From Octopus vulgaris (taxonomy: Eukaryota), in the NCBI GenBank assembly GCA_951406725.2, contig OX597817.1:143778001-143842000 (forward strand): a stretch of DNA of 64,000 nucleotides, given 5' to 3'. Position 1 is the first letter of the stretch. Each line of letters begins with the position of its first letter. Position numbers and translations under genes: made by a program. This document shows positions 53,497 to 64,000 of the stretch, in pieces. The notes under the pieces were generated by a model. That model did not search any database, was not told where the DNA came from, and saw nothing but the letters and a program-made list of their open reading frames with translations.

Positions 53497-53957
53497 AACA
53501 TTATTGGTGAATTGAAGAAATGGAGCTGAACGCAGATTGAACAGAAATCGTTTTATTTCATTCTACACGTGTTTCGAAAGGCACAAATTACCAAAATCCG
53601 ATGGAATAATGGGACCATATTGTGTCTTTCTCTTCAGGAAGAAAATAGGAAATCCGTTGGAAAAACAAAAACAGAACAGAGGCGGAGCAAAAACAAATCG
53701 AACTATGCTCCTAAGAGCCCATGGCGAAACTCATGGGCTCTTAGGAGCATAGTTCGATTTGTTTTTGCTCCGCCTCTGTTCTGTTTTTGTTTTTCCAACG
53801 GATTTCCTATTTTCTTCCTGAAGAGAAAGACACAATATGGTCCCATTATTCCATCGGATTTTGGTAATTTGTGCCTTTCGAAACACGTGTAGAATGAAAT
53901 AAAACGATTTCTGTTCAATCTGCGTTCAGCTCCATTTCTTCAATTCACCAATAATGT

Positions 53958-53958
<1 letters not shown>
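53497..53958. repeat. Perfect fold-back (227-bp arms, 8-nt loop) of a PLE pLTR carrying a hammerhead in each arm
   Basis: Arms 53497-53723 and 53732-53958 are reverse complements with loop GCGAAACT. Hammerhead TTC-CTGAAGA-GAAAGACACAA..TTGTGCCTTTC-GAAAC-ACGT-GTA-GAA at 53815-53894 (+) and 53561-53640 (-). Confidence 0.9.
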
Positions 53959-53997
<39 letters not shown>

Positions 53998-54185
53998 CAC
54001 ATACATACACACACACACACACACATATAGGTGCAGGAGGAGCTGTGTGGTAAGTAGCTTGCTTACCAACTACATGGTTCCAGGTTCAGTCCCACTGCGT
54101 GGCATCTTGGGTGTCTTCTACTATGGCCTCGGGCCGACCAAAGCCTTATGAGTGGATTTTGCAGATAGAGACTGAAAGACGCCTG

Positions 54186-54335
<150 letters not shown>

Positions 54336-54743
54336 TGCTTGACAACCGATGTTGGCGTGTTTACGTCCCTGTAACTAAGCGGTTCAGCAAAAGAGCCCAA
54401 TAGAATACGTTGTAGGCTTACAAAGAATAAGTCATGGGGTTAATTTATTCCACTAAAGGCGGTGCTCCAGCATGGCCACCATCAAATCACTGAAACAAGT
54501 AGGAGAAATATATGTGTGCGTGTGTGTGTGTTTTTCAGCTGCAAAAAACATGACAAAAAACCACTATTCACAGTTTCACGGTCCTGTTCGTTGGGCAGAG
54601 CTAACTATCGGGAAAATATTCAATACCGTAGTTGAGATTAATATAATTTATTTTGGTATATATACATATATATATATATACAAAGAAAATGGAGAATGCA
54701 TACACAGAATAATCAATATATTTATTGTAATAGTCAATTCATG

Positions 54744-54837
54744 TTGCCTACGCGCGTTTCGGTTGATTACTTATATACGTGTTTACGCAATTAAATTGCA
54801 TTGTGAAGCTGAAAAGCAAAAATCTTCTTCAGGGCAA
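54744..54837 (-). ncRNA. Type I hammerhead ribozyme motif
   Basis: TTGCC-CTGAAGA-...-GAAAC-GCGC-GTA-GGCAA. 5-bp stem I, palindromic stem III loop, imperfect stem II. Confidence 0.65.
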
Positions 54838-55021
54838 AACTGATCTTCCGCCAGCTGGCTATCGGTGCAGCGCTGCACCTTTTATATACAATATATATTG
54901 TTAGCAGGGGTAGCGAAACCCTACCATCCTCTTATAACCGATAACCAGCTGGAGGAAGATCTGCCTGGGGTTAAACTAGTAGTAACATGGAACAGCCACT
55001 TTGGTGTGGTGAGTGACTTAA

Positions 55022-55078
<57 letters not shown>

Positions 55079-55392
55079 CCATAAAGGGCTAATATTGGTA
55101 AAATGAGACTTAATTATCGACATGGCCGAAACTGCTGTAAGATCTAATTTATACTTATATTTATATTTACTTGTATTTATATTCTCTTATATATATATAT
55201 ATTCTACTTATTATACAACATTACTCTTTTATGTACACTTTTTTTTATGTAAATTCCTTTATGTACACTGATTTGTTCTGCTTTTTATATTTAACCCTAC
55301 TATCTCTTATGTGGTGGTTTAATAAAGTATGTAATTGAGTATTATCTGGTAATTGATATTTGATTTAGATGTATTTCTCCATTTTCTTATCT

Positions 55393-55451
<59 letters not shown>

Positions 55452-55821
55452 TTATATATCCAAACAATGGAACAGGAACGCAACAGACGACAATAAAGCA
55501 TCCGGATAGATAGACGATAAGAAGACGGACAGGAGAAAACAAGGACGGGTCATCCGCATCAATCTCTCACCAGTCAAGTTTTCAGACAACCATAACAGCT
55601 AAGGCCGGTTACACTTGAGAATATTCAAATCTGGCTGACTCCAAAAATCTAGATCAAGAGCAGTAATTTTGCGGGTAGAAAGCAAGCGATATGTATAGAT
55701 GATAATTCCTTGCCATATTGTGGTTTATTATTTAAACTTACGTCGATTTCCCTGTGGTGTTGTTTTCCGTTTATAATAAAATAAATATATACAAATTATA
55801 AAAATAAAAAATATATATATA

Positions 55822-55890
55822 CAGTACAGTACTGATTCTACTTCGCGGATTTTCACCTATCGCGGGGTGGGGTGGGTGGATAGTCGAGGG

Positions 55891-55898
<8 letters not shown>
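55822..55898. mobile_element. Tigger/pogo-like MITE remnant
   Basis: CTACTTCGCGGATTTTCACCTATCGCGG...CGAGGGATCACTATA resembles Tigger-type subterminal and TIR sequence ending at TA. Confidence 0.35.
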
Positions 55899-55938
<40 letters not shown>

Positions 55939-56135
55939 GGAATTTACAAAAAAAAACAAAAAGCAATAACAAAACAAAAGACAAAGACGGGTGTGCAAAC
56001 AACAAACAGATGTATTAGTTTAACGCACGGGAAGTGAGGAAGTCTTTTACATTTCGAACCTACGCTCTTCAACAGGAAGGAACACAGAAATAAGCAGAGA
56101 GAGAAAATAAAAAAGGTACACGCCCATATACACAC

Positions 56136-56170
<35 letters not shown>

Positions 56171-56300
56171 ATAGAAGGAGCTTCTACAGGTCTAGAACTG
56201 TTTCATTCAGATGAAATCTCCAGGAAGCTGGCTGTCAAAAAAAAATGCTATGTATTGAGTACCTTATTTACTGTGGTTAACCCCGACTCAACCCGGGACC

Positions 56301-56359
<59 letters not shown>

Positions 56360-56361
<2 letters not shown>

Positions 56362-57620
56362 GCATACATACATGCATACATACATACATACATACATACA
56401 TACATACATACATACATACATACATACATACATACATAGGTATTGTCTACTCCTTACGCAGAATTCGACCGCCTCCTGTACCTATATCTTAGAACCATCA
56501 TGGCATCTGATGTGGATTTTTAGTCCAGATAATGTTCTGAAAAGACACCCACATAGATTGCATATCCGATCTGGACCACCAAGAGCTGCAGTTAAGTTCT
56601 GATCTTTGTGGATCTTAAAATGTCTTTTGAGGCCTCCGTTAGATTTGCAAACCTTCTAGCATACATTGCATTCAAAGGTGTGCACAGACACATAGGCAGA
56701 ATAGTTGGTGGAAGTTCGTTTTCCATAAGTTCACAAATAACATTTGGGCCCAGCAAAAGAAAGGCGTCGTCTGTCACAAACTGCACACAAAAAGGTCATT
56801 GTGATTCACCTTTTTGATCGTAACATTCTTCTTGAGTCTTGCATGCATTATCCTGGCATCTTCAAAGCTTTCACTCCACTCCACACTTTTGTTCGCCATC
56901 CAGCTCGATCCGAAGCAAGAGTTTCTATGTCCTCTGGATCCATTCCAAGTGACTTTATAGAGGTCCTTATGCCGTCCTTAAACCTTTTTTTAGATTTACA
57001 CCGATATGCAAGCTCACCATAAAACAGCTGTTTGGGTATGTGTTCATCCGCCATTCGAACAATATGGCCAGACCATCTCATTTGGTTTTTCAGAATCATT
57101 GATTTAATTGAAGTGACCCCTGCAGATGCAAGGATATCTGTGTTTGAAGTAAAAGAATTCCATTTAATGTTTAAAATGCGATGAAAGCATTTTTAGTGGA
57201 ATTGTTCTAACAATTTGAAATGTGTTTCATAACATGTCCGTGTTTCAGAAGAGTACAACGGGTATGGTAAGACAAATGATTTGTAAAAAGCCAACTTTGT
57301 ATTGTTATTTATATGTCGTTGGCGCCAAACGCGTGACTCCAGGCCACCAAATGCTTGAGTTGCCCTTTGAATTCGCAGATATATTTCTGTCTCCAAATTT
57401 CCATCATTTTGCACAGAGCTTCCAAGGCAAATGAAAGAATCAACAACCTCGAGTAGCTTACCCTTAACAAACGTTTTAGTGGGTGGGGTGCAAACAGCAC
57501 CATATGCAGGTTGATACATTACAACTGTTTTTTTTTTTCAAGTTGATGGTCAAGCCAAAATCATCACAAGCTAAGTCAAATGCAGATACAAGAGATTGTA
57601 GATCTGTTTCAGAATGAAAG
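56360..57620 (-). mobile_element. RTE-clade LINE 3' portion with (GTAT)n tail
   Basis: [68 protein letters not shown]. Ends in a tetranucleotide repeat as RTE elements do. Confidence 0.87.
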
Positions 57621-57838
57621 TCAACAAATACGTGTAAATAAGTATAAACCTTTTTTTATATTCTTATATGCATATTTTTCCTTTGTGTGGTAAGTAGCTT
57701 GCTTACCAACCACATGGTTCCGGGTTCAGTCCCACAGCGTGGCACCTTGGGCAAGTGTCTTCTACAATAGCCTCGGGCCGACCAAAGCCTTGTGAATGGA
57801 TTTGGTAGACGGAAACTGGAAGAAGCCCGTCGTATTTG

Positions 57839-57910
<72 letters not shown>

Positions 57911-58589
57911 TGTGTGCGCGCGCGCTTGTGTGTGTGCGCTTGCGTGTGTGTGCGTGTTCGTGTGTATTTACATTTTAATCTTTATATTTTTAAATCACGT
58001 CTTATTTTTGTTTTGTATGTATGAATAATCTACTCCACGCTTGAGACCGGAGTGATATTTGATCTCTTTATAGAGTGTTTGGGTGTCGTTTTGGTGTCTG
58101 GAGTGGGATAGCTTACCTCATGGGCAGGTAGAAGCTCTTTTAACCTTGGTTGGTAATCTATCTAGGAGAAATCTCCGAAATAAAACTTGTGGCCTTGAAA
58201 GTTCTTGGTTTTGTCAATTTTCATGTCACACCGGCGAAAGCCTTGTTGGGCCACTAGGTGGAGGTACTGCAATGCAAGCTACACTCCCTAAAAATTATTC
58301 ACCTGTACAGGTACTTCTCGTACACCAAATCTTAGTAATATCATTGAATTGGTTGGTTGGCAGAAACCTAAAAATGCACTTGTAACTTACTCTAAAATGT
58401 CTCAAACAGATTCAGTAAATGGCAAGAAAAAAGGCTTGGGAACGTCAGGGAAACAGGTCTGGCTCAGCAGGTGTCCCGGGATATCACAGGCTGGACCCGG
58501 TCGTCATTCTGCCACTATGGTCAAACAATCTTGAAGAAAAAGTAAAAATAAACATCCTCTGAATTTTTATTGTTGGAATGTGCGCAGAT

Positions 58590-59538
58590 TTCACCCAAGA
58601 TCTAAGGACTGGCATCTCATAGATTCTATTTTGATTAGAAAACGTAATATGAAAGATGTTTCTAGTGTTCGGGCCATGAGAAGAGCAGAGAGCTGGACTG
58701 ACCATCGTCTAATGTGTGGAAAAATGAATTCTTCGATAATTCGATAACGACTAAGAATCGACAGTCTGGTCCTAAGCTACCCAAAAAGTTAAATACTGCA
58801 AACTTCAAATTACCAAGCAATTTGCAAAGATTCTACGATGCTATAAGAAAGTATAAATCTTGATCCAAACAATCTATGGGAAGATTTCAAAACAAAAGTA
58901 TTTCAGGCTGTTAGTTCTTCAGTGGGATTTAGATCGCGTAAGTCCAGTGATTGGTTTTCAGAGAAATCACCAGAAATTTATGATCTGCCTCTAGAAAAAC
59001 AAAATTTATGCAACGCACTTCTTTCTCAGTCCTTGAACCCCAACTCAAACGAAGTTTACAGAAAACTAGAAGGAAAAGTACAGACTGCTCAAAGGAAAGT
59101 TAAATAGGAATGGTGGGATTATAGAGCAAAAGGGACACAAGAAGCAGCTGAGTGAAATGACGCCAAGGGTTTATACTCTTGTGTTAAGAAGGTATATGGC
59201 CCAAAATCTTCAATAACTCCAGTGAGAACAGCAAATGGACGTTTGTTTTTGACTGACACCGCTTCTATTCATAAGCGCTGGGTAGAACATTTTTCTGCAC
59301 TTTTGAATAGACCATCATCTGCTGATATGAGGATGATAAAAAAAATCGAACACCTTCCAGTTATAGAAAAGATGGCATTTGAACTAACTCTAAATGACCT
59401 TTATTTAGCTGTGAATAAGCCGAATAACAGTAAGTCTCCAGGGTCTAATGGAATCTGTGCAGAAGTCTTGAAATATGGGATTGATAAAATGCCATAAGAC
59501 AGGATTGATGCCATTTTAGTCTCCTTGTATGAATCAGG

Positions 59539-59541
<3 letters not shown>
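58590..59541 (+). mobile_element. RTE-clade LINE fragment, close copy of 11595-12590
   Basis: Near-identical to the 11.6-12.6 kb copy (CACCCAAGATCTAAGGACTGGCATCTCATAGATTC...). Probable RTE 5' region upstream at ~58050-58590. Truncated at (TA)n. Confidence 0.85.
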
Positions 59542-59589
<48 letters not shown>

Positions 59590-59601
<12 letters not shown>

Positions 59602-60453
59602 AAACAAGTCAAAAATAGAAAATGCTAAGATAATTTTATAGTGAATCTTTCAGTACCGGTTTCGGTCATTTTGAGACCTTTTCAACTGTAACGATTAAAT
59701 AATTAAATTTAGAAAAATTAGAAGAAAAGTTTTTTTAAAGGAATATTTCTATAGTAGTGTTCAGATATGAGTGGCATTCTGCCTTTCTCTGACTCCCTTG
59801 TTTGCACTTGTGTGTTCGGGGTCGTTGTGAGTTCTTGGTAGGGTAGGAGAAGAAGAAGGACGCTGATGTGGAGAGGGGGTGGGAGTGGGAAAATCTGGGG
59901 GAGCCCTGTTGGTCGTATTTTGAATGGTCAGTGGCGACCAGTAGTCGCAGTTCAATTCAGGAATTGTTTATGGAATTTGCGTAGGCGTTATACTTAAAGA
60001 CATCAGTGACAAGGTTAAGGGGTAGAGGGTGGAGAAGTAGAAGAAGAAGAAGAAGAAGATGACGATGTTGATGATGATGATGATGAAGAAGAAGAAGAAG
60101 AAGAAGAAGAAGAAGAAGAAGAAGAAGAAGAAGAAGAAGAAGAAGAAGAAGAAGATGATGATGATGATGATGGTGGTGATGATGATGACGACGCTCCTAC
60201 CCTACCAAGAACTCACAACGACCCCGAACACACAAGTGCAAACAAGGGAGTCAGAGAAAGGCAGAATGCCACTCATATCTGAACACTACTATAGAAATAT
60301 TCCTTTAAAAAAACTTTTCTTCTAATTTTTCTAAATTTAATTATTTAATCGTTACAGTTAAAAAGGTCTCAAAATGACCGAAACCGGTACTGAAAGATTC
60401 ACTATAAAATTATCTTAGCATTTTCTATTTTTGACTTGTTTTTTCATATATAT
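59590..60453. repeat. Long inverted repeat (~255-bp near-identical arms, 346-bp spacer with (GAA)n) with variant hammerhead-like motifs
   Basis: Arms end at 59848 and start at 60195. CAG-TTGAAAA-GGTC-TCAAAAT-GACC-GAAAC-CG-GTA-CTG at 59688-59651 (-), mirror copy at 60355-60392 (+). Confidence 0.8.
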
Positions 60454-60685
60454 CAACTCGTGTGTTCCTTTCCACCCTTATATATATATATATACAGACA
60501 CACACACACGCGCACACACACACACACACACACACATATCCATATATATGTGGCTGTGTGGTAAGAAGCTTGCTTCCCAACCACATGGTTCCGGGTTCAG
60601 TCCTACTGCGTAGCACCTTGAGCAAGTGTCTTGTGCTATAGCCTTGTGAGTGGATTTGGTAGACGGAATCTGAAAGACGCCAGTC

Positions 60686-60763
<78 letters not shown>

Positions 60764-60769
60764 ATGTGT

Positions 60770-60842
<73 letters not shown>

Positions 60843-61230
60843 GTTGAAATTTACAGAAAAACAAAAGACGAAGACAGGCGTATAAACAACAAAGCGGTGT
60901 ATTAGTTTAACGCTCAGGAAGGTGAGAAAGTTTTTTATGTTTCGAGCCTACGCTCTTCAACAGAAACGAACACGAGGAAATAAACAGAGAAAGAATAAAA
61001 AAAAACAACTTTTGGAGCTAGCGGTCAATCATGGCGGCTGGCTGGACAATATATTTATTTGTGTGTTTGTGTCTGTCCCCACCATCTCTTGACAACCAAT
61101 GTTGGTGTGTTTATGTCCCAGTAAGTTAGCGGTCCGGTAAAAGGAATCGATAAAATAAGTACTACGCTTACAAAGAATAAGTCCTGGGGTCGAGAGGAAA
61201 TAAAAAAACTTTTAAAGTTAGCGGTCAATG

Positions 61231-61261
<31 letters not shown>

Positions 61262-61277
61262 TACACACACACACTCA

Positions 61278-61330
<53 letters not shown>

Positions 61331-62125
61331 ATATATATTTGTATCTCTCCTCTTACTATTCTCGATAACCAATGAATATAATTCATTTCCTCAATTCATT
61401 TAATCTTAATTATTTCAATAGTTTATTTAAATAAGTTTACTTAAATAATTTGAAAAAAGTTTATTTAAATAATTCATTATAAGTTATTTATTCCTTATAT
61501 TTTACATCGTCGGCGTCGTCGTCCACCTCAATCACCTCTTCCTCCTCCTCTTAACGTTCCTCCCCTTCTTCCTCCTCCTCCCACTCACCTTCCTCTTCCC
61601 CCCCTCATCATCCAGTCCTACAATTCCATCTTATTTTTCTATTCTCTTAATCACAATTTTTAATATAAATTATTTATTCAGTCATTTTACTTTCTCCTTT
61701 TTGAACTTACAGTACAAATTCTCATTAATTTTACTAATACCTACATTAATCAACTTCCACTTAATTAACGATTCTTAAGTAGTTAATTTCTACATTAAAA
61801 TCATTCTCAATGCCACTTGTAATACACATAATTACGACATGTTTTTTAACGAACGCTGTCAATAATAATTTAAATATATATATATTTTTTTGTTTCTAAG
61901 ATAAATATATTTTTTATATATATTTCTTATCTCAATAAAAGTCTTATATTTCAAATTCGTTTTGTTTAAGAGATTTTCTTTTCTTTACTATTATTCTTTC
62001 TTTGGTAAGGAATTGTTTTTGTATCAGATACTCCATCTTTCTCAATTTCTTGGTGTTTTAACTCTTCGACAATTATATAAATTATGATAGACAAGCTTTC
62101 TGTAACTGTCAAATCGAATACATAC

Positions 62126-62185
<60 letters not shown>

Positions 62186-62441
62186 CTTTTATCTTTTACC
62201 CTTAACTTGTGGCCATGCTGGAGCACCGTCTTGAAGGCCTTTTAGTCGAATGAATTGAATCCAGTACTAATTTCTTTAAAAAAACCTGGTATTAAGTCTT
62301 TCGGTCTCTTTTCTCGAAGAGCTAAGTTAAGAGGATGTAAGCACACCTGGTTATCAAACGGTGCTAGGGGACAAACGCATACACAAAGACACACACACAC
62401 ACATACATACACACACACACAAACACAAAGATACACATCTG

Positions 62442-62478
<37 letters not shown>

Positions 62479-62748
62479 TTGCATGACACTATTGCCCAAG
62501 GTTCCCGTGGTCTTTTCCGTAGGCTTTTCTATCCACGGACAAACCTAATCTGTTTTTCCTTTTTACATTGACATTTCTGTGATACACGATCCCTATTGAT
62601 CATCCCCACCTTTTTTTCACGAACTGTTTTGATCGGAATTCGCCCCCCCTTTTTTCCTTCTCTTCTTTCCAAAAAGAAAAGCTCTACTTTGTATTCTGGC
62701 CCTTCTATGTTCAGCCCTGCGTAGCCAATAAAGAAATCTATCTATCTG

Positions 62749-62878
<130 letters not shown>

Positions 62879-63289
62879 CATACACATAGACAGATACATA
62901 TATACATGGGCATCTAATCCAATATTAATTGTAGATCTAACCGGGAGAAGGTGCCAAGTGTAGCGTATGCATAAAGAACATAAGTGGAGTTCAAAACTTC
63001 GGTAGCATTTTATTGGCGCATTCTTGGACTCGTTCCACCATGGTTGTTGGTGAAATGTTCACCTTAACAGTTTTTATGCTTAAAATTTAACTTCCGTTGG
63101 CGTTTTGCCATGATCTAATCCAAGAATGCATCAATAAAAAATGTTGCCGTAACAGCTTTTGTGAATTTCGAACCCCGCCTGCGTTCTTCTATGGCTTTTC
63201 TGGTGTTTTTCCCACTTTAATAATTAGGTGTTCAAATACACCGAATAATTCATAAACATCTAATTATTAAAGTGGAAAATTTCCATTCA

Positions 63290-63366
<77 letters not shown>

Positions 63367-63607
63367 TTTTGGTTTATGTCTATCACTGTTTTAGTTGCAT
63401 AATAGTGGTTTTATGTCTAATTTATATTATAAATTAGAAGATATATATATATATATATACACGACATGCTTCTTTCAGTTTCCGTCTACCAAATCCACTC
63501 ACAAGGCTTTGGTCGGCCCGAGGCTATAGTAGAAGACACTTGCCCAAGGTGCCACGCAGTGGGACTGAACCCGGAAACATGTGGTTGGTAAACAACCTAC
63601 TTACCAC

Positions 63608-63650
<43 letters not shown>

Positions 63651-64000
63651 GCGTATAGCAGAGGACAATTAACCTTAAATTAAACCCTGAACTATAATAA
63701 ATCAATTACGGAATATTAAGTCCAAGAATTTATTCCTTAGTTACGCGCGTTTCGACAATACATGGTATATACATAAATGGTGGGTGCCTCCTCGTTATCG
63801 AGTATGGCCATTGCACGAAGCTTAATCAATGTTGTTATCGTGCAATGCCTGTGCAAGAAGATTTTTTTTTTAAGTGAGGAAAGGCTATGCATTGAGTCAA
63901 TCCCACTCACTAAGCAACAGCAGCCATAATCCGAAAAGAAGAACAAGTCAACATCATCGGTAACCACTGAGCCGCAGGTTTTATGTCGGAGTTATCCCAG

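Noticed and set aside
53537-53918. Near-identical 71-aa ORFs on opposite strands
   Set aside because: Consequence of the palindrome, in non-coding pLTR sequence.

Overview
Eukaryotic, AT-rich, gene-poor and repeat-dense DNA. The tRNA-derived SINE families and the dense (AT)n/(CA)n/(ATAC)n microsatellites look like an octopus (coleoid cephalopod) genome; this is inferred from repeat style. Only one convincing host gene is present: an intronless 376-aa secreted trypsin-fold serine protease of the PRSS23/PRSS35 type (24237..23107, minus) with an intact His/Asp/Ser triad. The rest is mobile DNA: a near-complete but frameshifted Penelope-like element (RT + GIY-YIG, ~15.7-19.4 kb) and two older PLE remnants, a full-length decayed DD34D mariner with TIRs and TA TSD, two other Tc1/mariner remnants, RTE, CR1/L2-group and R4/Dong LINE fragments, a Helitron 3' end and dozens of SINEs. 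The most striking unannotated signal is about 20 type-I hammerhead ribozyme motifs from several distinct sequence families, found by eye. Many sit in fold-back elements that share the same polarity or in a 160-bp tandem unit, and often next to (TA)n tracts. This suggests a population of non-autonomous PLE-derived or retrozyme-like RNAs. Almost all other ORFs in the six-frame track are microsatellite or SINE artefacts.
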